IMG/VR virus record: IMGVR_UViG_3300024520_000071
Span: 1-63,106 of that record
Reading direction: 5' to 3' (one strand)
Length of the DNA stretch: 63,106 nt
From: a virus
Lineage: Duplodnaviria > Caudoviricetes
Shown: positions 26,031 through 38,300 of the stretch, one piece after another
Numbering within the stretch: position 1 is the first letter of the stretch
Layout of the letters: each line of letters begins with the position of its first letter
Notes under the pieces: generated by a model
Told to the model about the DNA's origin: nothing
The model's database searches: none
The model's input: only the letters and a program-made list of their open reading frames with translations
Position numbers and translations under genes: made by a program

Positions 26031-27918
26031 ACTCCTTCCGGCGTCATACTCATCCAGCGCAAAAGATGTCGATCTGCTCTCCGGCAAAATCCGTGCTATC
26101 CTCAACACGGCAGTCGTTGAGGCGATCGGCAGCGGCCAGATGTCCATCTACTACTGGGACGGCCCGAACAAGTGGTTGTCCTGGACTACGGATGTCGATG
26201 TTGTGCGCACACCTATTGGCGGCGACATCTACAACCGGATCTACTTCACAGGTGACGGAACACCGAAAGTCCGTGGGATCGATGCTACTGTCGATTCGGA
26301 ATACGATCTGGGGCTCCCGGCGCCCTCGAACACCCCGACCATCGTCACGCAGCAAAAGAGCCTGACCAACTGGACGCGGACTTGGTACTACTGGTACGAA
26401 GAGCCCGGCGGCAACACTGTCGACGCTGGCACGCTGACCGAAGGCGTGGACGTGATCGAGGTCACCCCGGGTCAATCCTGGACGATCTCGAGCATTCCCG
26501 CGAAGGTCACGGCAACAGCTGATGCTGTGTTCGTGGCCTACTTTGACGGCACCAGCAGCGGTGGCACGCACCTCGGTCGCCTGTGGCCTGATGTTTCTCT
26601 CTACTCTGGGTCCACCGATTTCGTACTGAACGGTGGTATCGGAACTATGACCCAGGTCACGGCCAGCGGTGTCGCGACCTTGACGCTGTCACTCGCAGAT
26701 CCGGATCCTAGCAACTACTCTGTCGATCGAACCTACGCCCAGACCTACGTGTCAGCATGGGGCGAAGAAGGGCCTCCAAGTACGATATCGACCGTGCAGC
26801 GAGTGTCCCCGGCCCAGGATGCTGTGATTTCGAACCTGAACACGACACTGGCCGGGAACTACAATGCCGCCAGCAAGCGGATCTACCGATCGATCACGAG
26901 CTCGTCGGGAACAACCTTCTTCTTGGTAGCCGAGGTTTCTCTTGCAACAGCGACCTACACCGACAGCAAGCTCGACAGCGAGATCAACGGGGCCCTGAAT
27001 GAGCTCAAGTCGGATGGCAACGGCACAGTCGGCCGATCCTGGCAACCGCCGCCTGCCGGCCTCACCGGTCTCGTAGAGATGCCGGGCGGGATCCTGGCCG
27101 GGTTCGTCGGGCGCGAGGTCTACCTGTCGGAGCCGTACCAACCGCACGCATGGCCTACCGGCTATTCCAAGGGCGTCGACTACGATATCATCGGCCTCGG
27201 CGTCACCGGCAACACCCTGGTCATCATGACTGACGGGTTCCCGTACGCCTTGAACGCGATCGATCCGGCCGTGTCGCAGATGACGCGCGTCGAGATCAAC
27301 CAGCCGTGTGTGGCGAAGCGTGGGATTGTCGACGGCGGATCCTTCGTGATCTACCCGTCCCAGAACGGGCTCATCTTCGTTCAGGGCAGTTCTGCCTCGA
27401 TCGGATCCGAGCAGTTCTACACACGAAAGGAGTGGAGCGCCATCAACCCCGAGACCATGGTTGCGGCGATCCACAATCGAAATCTGTACCTGTGGACCGA
27501 CAATATCGGCCTGATTGTCGACATCGACGAACGCGAGATCGGGATTATCGAGACGACTGTCACCGCTACTGGGGTTCACTCAGACCTGGAAAGTGACCGG
27601 TTATACCTCATCTCCGGATCTGACATCGTGGAATGGGAAGGCGGGACGACCCAGATGACCGGCTACTGGCGATCGATGGAGATGACATTCGAACGTGAGT
27701 TCACCCCGGTGATCTATCGCGTGGTTTCCACTGTGTACCCGGTGAGTGTCGAGTTCTACGCGGAGGGTTTGCTCGTGCAGACACTCTCTTGTCCTGACGA
27801 TGAAGCGGCCAAGGTGCCAGTACTCCGGCCAGAGAAGCACTGGATGATCGCGACGTCCGTTGCCGGTGACGTGGATCAGATTATCGTTGCCGACTCACTA
27901 TTGGAGCTCGATCGATAA
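25975..27918 (+). CDS. Tail nozzle/stabilisation protein
   Basis: GMSPR....LLP, R.Y..TYVSAWGEEGPPS, KRIYRS, GL..MPGGILAGF.G.EVYLSEPYQPHAWP. Confidence 0.82.
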   Translation: MPSLKVNQMRGMSPRTDDKLLPASYSSSAKDVDLLSGKIRAILNTAVVEAIGSGQMSIYYWDGPNKWLSWTTDVDVVRTPIGGDIYNRIYFTGDGTPKVRGIDATVDSEYDLGLPAPSNTPTIVTQQKSLTNWTRTWYYWYEEPGGNTVDAGTLTEGVDVIEVTPGQSWTISSIPAKVTATADAVFVAYFDGTSSGGTHLGRLWPDVSLYSGSTDFVLNGGIGTMTQVTASGVATLTLSLADPDPSNYSVDRTYAQTYVSAWGEEGPPSTISTVQRVSPAQDAVISNLNTTLAGNYNAASKRIYRSITSSSGTTFFLVAEVSLATATYTDSKLDSEINGALNELKSDGNGTVGRSWQPPPAGLTGLVEMPGGILAGFVGREVYLSEPYQPHAWPTGYSKGVDYDIIGLGVTGNTLVIMTDGFPYALNAIDPAVSQMTRVEINQPCVAKRGIVDGGSFVIYPSQNGLIFVQGSSASIGSEQFYTRKEWSAINPETMVAAIHNRNLYLWTDNIGLIVDIDEREIGIIETTVTATGVHSDLESDRLYLISGSDIVEWEGGTTQMTGYWRSMEMTFEREFTPVIYRVVSTVYPVSVEFYAEGLLVQTLSCPDDEAAKVPVLRPEKHWMIATSVAGDVDQIIVADSLLELDR

Positions 27919-28814
27919 TGCCTGATGTCGTTTCAATCCCAGACGTTTCCAGGGTCACGGATACCGAGACTCGCCGGATCCTTCTGGCCATGAAAACGCA
28001 GATCGACCGACTTTCCGGAGTTGGGCGGCAGAGCGACCGGCCTGTTACGGTCCAGGAGCTCACGGATGCGGGTATGCTGGTCGATAACGGACGTAGCCTG
28101 ATATCGAGTGCGGTTCTGGTCAACGGCACCGATACAGGGCCTGTAAGCGCCGCACGTCCGGAAAACTTCCAGATCACGAATAACAACCTGACGCTGATCA
28201 CTGCTTCCTGGGATGCTGCGCTCTCGAGGAACCACTTGCTCACGGAGCTCTGGTACAATACGACCGACGACTCCGGGACCGCCACCCGGCTTTTGACTGA
28301 GCGCGGGACGTCCGTAACCTTTCGCCCGCCCACTGAGTTTGGGACGACGCTGTATTTCTGGACCCGGCACATCAATCGAGATGCTGCTCCGAGCGCGTAC
28401 CATGCCACAAGCGGAATTGCGTTGTCCACAAATGGAGAGGTCGACGAGCGGGTTTTGCGGATCCCGTTCGATATTCCTTCTGGCGGTCTGGCCAACGGTG
28501 TACATACGTTGCCTGGAAAACTTCCGAATAATGCGACGGTCATACGGACCCGTTATAACGTCACTACTACCTTTACCACGGCCGGAGTGACGAGGGTCGC
28601 GCTCGGGATTGATGCTGACGATACTTCGGGGCTTCTCGCGGCTGTAACCCTAGTCGCTGGATGGACATCAGGATGGCACGAGGGTATCCAACAGGGCGCG
28701 ACATTGGACTATTCAATTGCGACTACGGCAGAACGATCGATCATCGCTACGGTAACAACCGGACCAATAACTGCCGGCAACGCTATCATTCACCTCGAAT
28801 ACGTGGTCAATTAA
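27918..28814 (+). CDS. Tail-associated protein
   Basis: FN3-like middle region (YFWTRHIN); C-terminal LPNNATVI domain. Confidence 0.55.
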   Translation: MPDVVSIPDVSRVTDTETRRILLAMKTQIDRLSGVGRQSDRPVTVQELTDAGMLVDNGRSLISSAVLVNGTDTGPVSAARPENFQITNNNLTLITASWDAALSRNHLLTELWYNTTDDSGTATRLLTERGTSVTFRPPTEFGTTLYFWTRHINRDAAPSAYHATSGIALSTNGEVDERVLRIPFDIPSGGLANGVHTLPGKLPNNATVIRTRYNVTTTFTTAGVTRVALGIDADDTSGLLAAVTLVAGWTSGWHEGIQQGATLDYSIATTAERSIIATVTTGPITAGNAIIHLEYVVN

Positions 28815-28829
28815 CACAAGGAGAACATC

Positions 28830-29027
28830 ATGGGCAAGTTGAAGACAATCCAACGGGGCGGCGGCGTTGTGGGTAACGTGGTATCGTCGCCGTGTCCTGA
28901 ATGCAAAGGCAAAGGCAAGATCGGCACTTACCAGTGCTTCATGTGCAACGAGGGTCGCCGCGGTGGCGTCGTTGACGAGTTCAAAGGCAGTAAGATCAGA
29001 ACCTGCGAGGCCCGGGAACAAGGATGA
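28830..29027 (+). CDS. Small zinc-finger protein
   Basis: CPECKGKG..CFMC; AAGGAG RBS. Confidence 0.55.
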   Translation: MGKLKTIQRGGGVVGNVVSSPCPECKGKGKIGTYQCFMCNEGRRGGVVDEFKGSKIRTCEAREQG

Positions 29028-29557
29028 GCGACGTCACGACAGCTGAGTTCGAAGTGGTTGCTACGGTGCGGAAGCCGAAGCCAGAGATCCGTATTGCTAA
29101 CGCATCGGATGTCGCGGGCCTCACTCAGTGCATGATCGACTTTGCCGAGGAAATGGAACTGGGAAGTTTTGGATTGAAGGTCAATCCCCTATCGTTCCAT
29201 GCTTCGTTGCTGAATCAGATGATCAATGCACCTGGGACTTTCGTACTCGTTGTCGAAGCTGATTCTGAGATCATCGGCGGTGCAATGCTTTCTCTCGAAC
29301 CCCAATGGCTTTGCTCGTCGCAGATCGTGGCGATGGAGAAGTTCTGGTACTTGCATCCGGATTGGAGAAAAGGATCGAGCATTGCTATCAGGATGTGGAA
29401 AGCCTGCGAAGAGTGGGCACGCGATTGCAGAGCCGAACTCATGTGCGTAGGCCACTTCGCGAGCGCGCCTCCGGCCGCTGCCGCCATCTATGAACGTCGA
29501 GGCTTTACGCCTTACTTTATCGAATACATGAAGGAGATCAGGCCATGCCAGTCGTAA
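29024..29557 (+). CDS. GNAT-family acetyltransferase
   Basis: IRIA...D, EKFWYLHPDWRKG, YERRGF; usual position before podovirus ejection genes. Confidence 0.85.
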   Translation: MSDVTTAEFEVVATVRKPKPEIRIANASDVAGLTQCMIDFAEEMELGSFGLKVNPLSFHASLLNQMINAPGTFVLVVEADSEIIGGAMLSLEPQWLCSSQIVAMEKFWYLHPDWRKGSSIAIRMWKACEEWARDCRAELMCVGHFASAPPAAAAIYERRGFTPYFIEYMKEIRPCQS

Positions 29558-30486
29558 GCGCAGCTCTTGGATTAGGGACCATTATCGCAGGTGCTGCCAG
29601 CACTGCCGGAACTGTCGCAGCTGGCTATGCGGCCGGTGGTGCTGCTGCGCTTGTAGGTGGAGGACTTGGTGGTGTCGGCCCGGGTCTCATAGGTGCTGCC
29701 GGCGGATGGGGCGCTGTCGCAAAGGGAGCCCTTGGAGCCTACTCGCTTTACAATGGAATCCAGGGCGCAGAGCAAGCCGCCCAATTTGCGGATCAGCAAG
29801 CGGGTGCAGTAAATGATTCGTTTGACATCCAGAAGCAGCAGTATCGAGAATACCTGAACACTTACCTGCCGCTTGAGCGACAAGCCGCCGCACTTGCGCG
29901 TACTGGCATCCCGGCAGACTACGCGGCCGAGCGTGCTGGCAATGAAGTTCAACAGCAAATGGGTCAGGTATACGAAGCGCAGAATCGCGAGATGGCCCGG
30001 TATGGTGGAGATCCGACCTCCGGCGCGATGACCAGTCAAAGGGCTGATATTTCGCGGATCGCTGGACTTGCAGAAGCTGGCGCCCGGACCAACGCCCGCG
30101 AACGCACAGAGGCTGAGAATTTCCGCAGAAAGCTCGCTATCCTCAAGATTGGGCGTGGTATCCCAGACAACGCAGCAAACGGGATGCTGGACGCAAGCCG
30201 GCAGTTTGGCAGTCTCGCTGATTCGGAAGCTAATGCATCTGGCAATATCGCAGAAGGTATTTCGGCACTTGGCCCAATCCTTGGAAGCATCCTCCAAAAA
30301 CGAACTCCGCCCGCGCCGATCACTACTGGCGGCGGGACCGGGTTTTATCCTGGCACAAAAGTCGCCGCTGGAATACCGACAGGCAAGCCCCTGACGATCG
30401 GTGGAAGCAATCCGTATTTGCCAGCTTGGGCGCCCGTGCCTTCATCGAAATACCCAAAAATGACGCTGGGTAAACCCAAAATTTAA
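29545..30486 (+). CDS. Ejection/internal virion protein
   Basis: Gly/Ala-rich N-terminus, Y.PLE, RYG.DPTSG. Confidence 0.7.
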   Translation: MPVVSAALGLGTIIAGAASTAGTVAAGYAAGGAAALVGGGLGGVGPGLIGAAGGWGAVAKGALGAYSLYNGIQGAEQAAQFADQQAGAVNDSFDIQKQQYREYLNTYLPLERQAAALARTGIPADYAAERAGNEVQQQMGQVYEAQNREMARYGGDPTSGAMTSQRADISRIAGLAEAGARTNARERTEAENFRRKLAILKIGRGIPDNAANGMLDASRQFGSLADSEANASGNIAEGISALGPILGSILQKRTPPAPITTGGGTGFYPGTKVAAGIPTGKPLTIGGSNPYLPAWAPVPSSKYPKMTLGKPKI

Positions 30487-30498
30487 CGGAGCGGTACA

Positions 30499-32304
30499 AT
30501 GGCATCAGTAAGAGGATACGGTGGACTTGCGAAGGGCATTACCCGAGCAGCCGATACCATGCACAAGCGCGGGATCGAGGACTCCCGGGAGGCCCGGGCA
30601 CAGGAAAGCCATGAGCACGAGATATCTGCAAAGATCCTGGAAGAGCAGATCCGCCGGTATGACTACGGTGAAACTCGTGCGAACCGTCCGTACCGCGACG
30701 ACGTCTGGAAAAAAAGCCAGGAAGACCGGAACGAACATCGCGAACGAAAGGTATTGCGTGACCAGAAAGCTAAGAACGAATCAGATAAGATGAAGGAGTG
30801 GGATAAGTTTGCTGGCACTCGTCAGGCCCAAGATGACGCCTTGAAGATGGAAGCAGATGAATTTACTAGTACTGATGGCGTGGACGCTCGCAAACATGCC
30901 GCAATGACAAAAAAACGAAAAGACGCTGAATGGCTTGAAGGTGAGGCTGGCCGAAGGGACGAAAGGTATACCCAGCAACAGGAGAGGGAGGCCCGCCGCG
31001 CCGCTTTGCGTAATGATCCTGGTCAGTTTTTAGATCCGGAGATGACAAAACAGATAACACAGAGTGGCCAGGAATTAACAATTGCCCTTCAAGGGGAACA
31101 AGCCAATGCGGTAGCGGACGCTGCAAGGGAAATTGCAAAGAAACGATTCGGGGAAGCTGCTGGTCAATTTGCTGCTGTGCTTAAAACAAGGGATCCTGTT
31201 TTCGCAAAACATGCGGAAGATATCTTTAATTCGAATAACAAGGATCAGTCGCTGAAATACATCGGGAATGAGGATGGTAAAATCCAATTCGAAATAACCA
31301 CTCTTGCAACTGGCGAAGTTCGCGAATACAACCTGGACAAGCAGGGTCTGGGATTTCTGATCAAGGCTCAGAATTTCGGTGACTTCCAAAATGGTCGGAC
31401 CTCCGTGAAGGACATAGATAACGCAACTACCGCGTTCACGAAGAGTTGGGGCGAGATGGTCATCCCGGAAGGAGAAGGGATGGAAGATACCTACGATAAA
31501 TTCAGGATGATCGGCGAAGATGCCATTGCACTGATCGGCAATTCCGATGGCGTGCCGATGCCGCCGATCGCTGAGATTCGTCTTGCAGTCATCGGTCTTC
31601 TCAACAACTACTTGGATATCAAGAACGGAATAAACGGTAAGTTTGATGACGAAGCGGATGAAATGGCATGGTTGTCCGAGGCGGATGAAATGATCGCACA
31701 GGCATTTATCCAAAGAGAAAATCCCCCAGTGCCGGAAGATGTACCAAAGAGAGAGTTCGAAGATGGTGAAATTTCTGCGGAAGATCAATATGTTATTCAA
31801 AATCAAAAAAAGTTTTCTCCGGAACGAATCGCGCAGGCAAAGGCTAATGTAGCCAAGGCTAAAGAAGATCATGACGTCAAGTATGCCGGGATCAAAGCGG
31901 AAACTGCCGGAGCATTTGCAGGCGGCATTATCGGACCTCCCTTAAATGTAGCAAAAGGACTTGGTTCAGCTGCATTAGATGTCACCGGCAAGGGGATTGA
32001 TAAGATGATAGATCAAGGAGACCAGTTGATCGATTTCTTTGGAGACTCGAGAACTAATTCCAATCTTCCGGCTTTTGGTTCTGATCCGCTCCAAGTAGAT
32101 CCAATCGGAAGCGCGTATATAGCAAAGAACGGCAATGATCTTGAAGCAGCCAAAAGAGCACTTATGTTAGATTCGAATGAGCAATCCAGCAATGGCAATG
32201 AAAGAGCCGCCAAGCGGCTTCGTGCCTCGGCACTCCTAATCCAGAACAGACAATCCGCTTCATCTACTCAATCGCCCCAACCCGCTCCTGCCGGAATTCA
32301 GTAA
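30499..32304 (+). CDS. Ejection/internal virion protein
   Basis: GGLAKG N-terminus, charged helical; position. Confidence 0.6.
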   Translation: MASVRGYGGLAKGITRAADTMHKRGIEDSREARAQESHEHEISAKILEEQIRRYDYGETRANRPYRDDVWKKSQEDRNEHRERKVLRDQKAKNESDKMKEWDKFAGTRQAQDDALKMEADEFTSTDGVDARKHAAMTKKRKDAEWLEGEAGRRDERYTQQQEREARRAALRNDPGQFLDPEMTKQITQSGQELTIALQGEQANAVADAAREIAKKRFGEAAGQFAAVLKTRDPVFAKHAEDIFNSNNKDQSLKYIGNEDGKIQFEITTLATGEVREYNLDKQGLGFLIKAQNFGDFQNGRTSVKDIDNATTAFTKSWGEMVIPEGEGMEDTYDKFRMIGEDAIALIGNSDGVPMPPIAEIRLAVIGLLNNYLDIKNGINGKFDDEADEMAWLSEADEMIAQAFIQRENPPVPEDVPKREFEDGEISAEDQYVIQNQKKFSPERIAQAKANVAKAKEDHDVKYAGIKAETAGAFAGGIIGPPLNVAKGLGSAALDVTGKGIDKMIDQGDQLIDFFGDSRTNSNLPAFGSDPLQVDPIGSAYIAKNGNDLEAAKRALMLDSNEQSSNGNERAAKRLRASALLIQNRQSASSTQSPQPAPAGIQ

Positions 32305-35300
32305 ATGCCCGCACCTCGTCCAAAGGTAGTCCTGAATGCTTACGGTCAGTCGACCCGCGGCATTCCTGGCGGTGTAGCCGGTACGACACAGGGCTACCAG
32401 CCGCGCGTGTCGATACCGAATTACCAAGCTCCCGATCGTCCGGGTGCTTTTGGCGAAGGCGTTGGTGTCGGCATGCAGGGCCTCAAGGAGATGGGCGGTG
32501 CCGCAATTGCTGTTGGCGGCAAGCAATTGGGTAGTCCTGGAATGATGCGATACGGCATCGGCATAATGGATCGCGCCAGCGCCGCACAGCAAGACGTCCT
32601 TACCCGGGCCCAGACCTACGAGGACATCGACGGCTTTGGAACTTTCGTCGAGTGGATGCAGTTCAACATGGGTCGCGCGGCCCCGTCAGTCGCGGAAGTG
32701 GCCGTGAGCTCCATGATTGGCGCGGCAATGGGCGGCGGCGTTGGTGCAATTCCTGGTGCTTTTGGATCCGGCGCCGCGCGTAAAGCGTTGTTGAAGATGG
32801 CCAAAGGAGAAATCCTCGATCGAGCCGAGATGCGTTTGGCGCAGCAGGCAATCAATGCAGCTGGGCGTGCCCAGATTAAAAAGGCCATGGTCAGTGGTGG
32901 CGACGACCTGACCGCGATTACCGCAGCAGTGGGCACAGGTCCAACCGAAGCGATGCAGCTTCTCAAGGCGACTGCGATCGGCCAAGGGGTTCGCGGCGGT
33001 GCTCACGGCGGCGGGATGGCAGCTGGCTACGAGCTCGGCGTCGGAGAGATCGGGTCGAGCCTGTACCAAGCGACCGGCGAGATCCATGCGGGCCCGGCGC
33101 TCGTCGGCGGCATCCCTCACGCCTATCTCGAATACCTTCCCTATGCCACATTGGCTAAGTCCATCGGCAAAACTGTGCGTCGGCAAGCTCAAAAAGATAT
33201 CAACACAATCGTAGCTGAACGAGCCGCTGCCGGCGCTACTCCTTGGAATCCGAACACCGCGATGGCGAAAGCCGCCGCTGCCGGGGTCGCGAAAAGCACG
33301 CTGATCGAGCCGATCACAGAAGAGTTGCAGACTGAGGTCGAGCTCCTGGTCCGTGCTGGCGTCGATCCTACCTTTGATTTTGGCGGCGACGAAGCATTCA
33401 GCCAGCGCATGCACGCATTTATCGACTCGATACCGGGCGGACTGTTCTTTGGAGCTCCTGGGGGTGTCGCTGGCGGCGTACGCGGCCGTAAGGAAGCACA
33501 GGGCATGAATGTCGAGCTCCAAAAGTGGATCGACAAGTACGGCACGGCCCTCGACGACGATCTGGACAATCCAGCTGGCGGCGGTACTGGCGGCACGCCC
33601 GCGGGCACCAAAAATATCCTGGACCCCACGGATTCTGCTGGACTCCCAGTTACTCCGAACCCGGCACCGCCGAACCCGGCACCGCCGACGCCCCCCGCCG
33701 CTCCGGCACCGCAAGGACCGGCCGCGGCACCGCAAGAACCCGCGCCAATGCCGCAAGGCCCCATCGTGCCGCCGCCGCCCGATCCGCCCGCAGCAATGGA
33801 TCCATTCTATGCGATGTTCGAGGCTCATGAGGATGCTTATGTTACTATTAACGGGAAAGACAGTGCGATTCTCATCGCGGCCGAACTTGAGGAAATACGG
33901 TTCAATAGTCCAGAAGAGGTCAAGGCATACGCCATAGATTTATCACGCCAGCAGTTATTCCAGAATATCCAGGCCAAGATAGATGCTGGTATGAACTTGT
34001 CTGCATCTGACCCCAGCGTTGATGACTTTAAGGCGATGCAAGACGCCTTGGAGGGCGCAGGGTTGCCGCGATCGGCCAAGATCGATGAAGAGATTGAATC
34101 TCTCAATGCGCATATTGCCGCAGAGGCAGTTCCAGGGTATGTTGAACCAACCACTCCCGGGGCGCCCGCGGGGGTTGCGTCTGAGCCATCGGTCGGCACG
34201 GCTGGCGATCCAGTGTCAACTTCACAATCTCCACAGGCGACTTCCGGGACTCTTTCGGAAGTCGAAAAACCCAAAACACCAACACAAACGGAGGTGCAAG
34301 ATGCATCCGAAGAACCGGCAGATCAAAACCTCGATGACAATCGGGGACGGGATCGCACACCAAAAGGGGGGAATCGCGTCGAGTCCCCCAAAGACAAGCT
34401 GCGAGGCCGAACGGGCCGGCGGCGAAAAAGGCAAGTCGGAAAAACTGCGGTCGGCAGCGGCCTGCAAGTAGACGGCAAATCGGTAGACCCGGCGGCGAAG
34501 GGCGACCCAGTTCAACCTTCGCTGTCGGAGATGCCTCCCGACCTTCCCGCCGCGAAAGCTACGGTCCCGGACCAGTTCACTACCGAACTTGGATCTACCT
34601 ACGAGATCCATGCAAACAATACCACAACGCGGAATAAGGCTAAACGTAAAGGGCACCCGAATGACTCAGGACTAAAGGATAGGTCCGATCAAACCTACTA
34701 CGTCAAAAGCGATGATGCTTGGCGCCTCGCCCTGCCCGAGGGCAATTTTAGGATCGTTGATCATGGCGACGACACGATAAGTCTCGCCACCCCTGACAAG
34801 AATACAGCGAAATGGGGCATCGCTAAGTCAAATAAAAATATTCCTGTATCGAAGGAACCCTCGGAAGGGACGCATCCTGTCGAGGTATGGTTCAAGACTA
34901 AGACCGAGGGCAGCACGGCCTATCGAAAAGCGCACATCGGGAACAAGATCACCAAAGTGCAGAGCTCGAAGATGACGGAGCAGGAACTGTTTGCGGAGCA
35001 GGAGCAGGAGCAGGAGCAGGAGGCAAAAGAAGTTGCCCCAGAGGCCAAAGAGGATCCACCCGCGAAGAAGCCGGCCGAGAAGAAGAAGCAACCCCTGGCT
35101 ACAAAATCTCCGGTCACTCCGAAAAAGAAACCTGCAAAGAAGGATAATTCGAAACCTACATGGATCAAACCTAGAGAAGGCAAGCCGGCCAGCGATGCGG
35201 CCAAGCAAAGGGCTCTTAGTCTGGGAATCAGAGCCAAAAAACAGCCCGGCGAGAAAGGTCGTTGGGAATGGCTCAACTTAAAAATTTCGAGATTCACAGA

Positions 35301-38300
35301 AGTATTCGTTAAATTTCTCAATGCTGTTGTTGGTATTGACTTTGTGCGTGTAAGGAGTGACATCGACATATCTCATGCACAACTCGAAAGAGATCGTAAT
35401 TCCCTTTATTTAGAGGGCAAGGATTTTGATACGGCTCTAAGAACCGGAGAAGCCACGAAGTCACAGGCCGATGATTTATTGTATTCGATCGGCGAATTTT
35501 CTATTCATGTCAACGAGAGGATGAAACGGATAGACGTCCAGCATCACATGAGCACTTCCTCGGTAGATAAAGAAAAACTTTCAAAGGCCCATAAAGAACT
35601 AAGCGAACTTGCCAGTGCGCTGGATGCTTACTCTGAGGATCTTATCGATTATGCGGAAGTGAATCTAACAGACAAGCCGCGGAAGCAGCCAAAGGCGCCT
35701 GTCGAGAAAAAGGTTCCATTCAAGCCAAAGGAAAATTACGCAGGCCCGCCCCGAGTGTCCTTTCTGGTGACGTGGATGACCGAGAATAAAATCCAGCTGA
35801 AACCCAGAGAAACTACGTCATGGAATAAGGTAAAAACCAAGGGTGTCGCTCTTGATAATAGTACGTTATTTGGGGAGGATCGCGAGGACGAGATTCAGCG
35901 GGCATTAGACTTGATTAAGGAAGTTGATGCATTCGTGGAAAGCCTGAACAAGAAAAAATCACATCCTGATTTTTCGGTGAAACTCTCGACCTTTTCAGCC
36001 GAATTAGTCGATTACTATTCGGACTCTCCGAAAAAGGCTAAAGTGGCACCCGAGCCGACAATCCGGCCACTGGTTGAGCCCAGCAAGAAAATGGCCACAC
36101 ATATTGCCAACTTCCAGGCAGATGTAGAAGCCGACATGCGTGCGTCCCTGGAAAAAGGTCGCACAGTTAAGGTGCCGCCCGCGCTCTCTGTGAAATACGA
36201 TCCCTTCCGACAAGTCGAAGCGAGAGTTGATCCGGATACTCAAGGAATCGAGCTCTTTACAACTTCGAAAAAACATCCGGACGATAAGAGTCCAGGATTG
36301 GTGCCCGGGAAGGCTGGCGAGAAACGTGGCCCCGACTTTGATGACATTGATGGTTTGATCCGTGGTCTGACGGAAGCCGATCAGCGAAGCCCCGCCGAGA
36401 TTGCTGCTGATTCTGCCGAAATTATAGAAGCCTCAAAAGCAGCAAGGAAGCATACTATTTATCGGAAGCTGAAACAAGCTTTTACTGCCGTGCCAAAGTA
36501 CGAAAAGAAAAAAGACAGTAGCGAACGAATTGGGATTGCACGGGCTAATGATGCTGCACGTCATTTTGATGACAAATACAAGAAGGATGATCGCCGGAAA
36601 AACTATCGTATTATCGGCGAAAAAGGATCCGATCAGGTTTTTCTTATAAACAAATTCGATGACGTCATCCAGGAATTCGATTCAATCGATGCCTTCATCA
36701 AAAAATGGGAAGAGAAGGACAAGGAAGAAAAGGCGAAAGATTCTGGCACCCGATTCTCGATGCATCGTGATCCTGATCTTTCCGATGAAAGAGCACCATC
36801 CCGAGCGGAAAATCCGGATTATTCTCCATATAGCGGGAATAAGCAGTCGGGCATAGAAAGGCTGAATAGACTGTCGAAGGACGATAGGGAAGCCCTGTAT
36901 TCCAGAATCAAAACACATCTCACTGATTTCTTCGAATCATGGGATGGGGTTTATGATATCGTCCGATATCTTAGAGAAAGGAGCGTAGATCCAACTGTCG
37001 ATACAGGACAAGCCTACTACAAGAAAGATTACGTCAGAACTGATGGGACTATTGGTATCGGCACAGATAATCTACCCTCGGCTGGGAGAGCGCCCTATGG
37101 CTGGGGCAAGGTCCAAGCCTTTGAAAAGTACTTCGAGGACCATTATCACGATGACCGTCCGAACGATGCTTTAGATACGGATGCACAAATAGAAAAGGCC
37201 ATGGACGTCATGGTTGAATATGTAGCGGTGCGCATTCTTCATAGAGAGGGCATCCTTAGTTCTAAAGAATCTGGAAATCAGCTAGCCATGGCCACTTATA
37301 GTCTATTCGAAAAGGCCCTAAAAGATAATGTCACAGGCATCCGCCCTGATCTGAGAATGCTCATCTTTTTCAACGGCGATCTCGATTATCAAGGCGAGAA
37401 ATTTAAGTCCTATTCTGCCGAGCAAATGGCAAAGAAGCTGGCAGAGCGTCGGAGTAATGCAGAGGCTCTGTATAAGGATCTTCGCACGGAATATGAGTCC
37501 ATGATGAAGGTTCTTGGGGAAAGCGCCGATCCTGATTCATATATAGGCACTCGCTTCTCCCAGCACCGTGACGCGAAACTTGCCGAGGCCGACGAGCTCG
37601 ACAGCCTTGACGAAACCATCGACGACGAGCTCTATTCGCTGCCGGTGGAGATGATGAAGCGAATCTTCGAGTTGAAGGACGCGATCACTCAGGCGTACGC
37701 TGATGGCACGCACGAGACCAAAGAGGTAGAGGACCAGGATGCCGAGCTCGACCATCTCTATAACGAGGCCGAGGCGATACTCGACGCGGCGCACGAGGAC
37801 ATGGGCGCGATCGAGACCGACAACGATCGGTACAAGGCTCCGGAGATTCCCGAGGGTGCCAGTAGCGTGGCATCGCTTGAAGCAGCACTTTCCAAAGTCC
37901 TGGCGGCGAAGGGGTGGACGGAAACGACCAGACCCCATATCGTCCAGTCCGTTGTCGAGCTTCCGTTTGATGCTCCCGCCAACATCCCGGGCGTCTACCA
38001 CAATGGCGAGGTCTGGCTGATCGCCGACAACATCGCGACCGGCCGGGAGCAGCACGCATTTCTCGAGGCCCTGTTCCATGAGCAGGTTGGGCACGTCGGG
38101 GTCCGCCGGATCTTGGGCGACCGCCTCAATGACACGCTCGATCGCGTCTGGGAATCGTATTCTGACAGCGAAGCCATGCTGAAAAACATCGACGTCTACT
38201 TCCCGGATGGCGACTTCGACAGCAATAACCCCGAGCATACCCGTCTGGCGGCAGAAGAGTTCATTGCCCTCCGCGCGCAGCAAGTCCTGCTCGACGGAAC

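Noticed and set aside
34980-35022. (GAGCAG)n microsatellite as phase-variation site
   Set aside because: Hexamer unit keeps the frame; encodes an EQ linker
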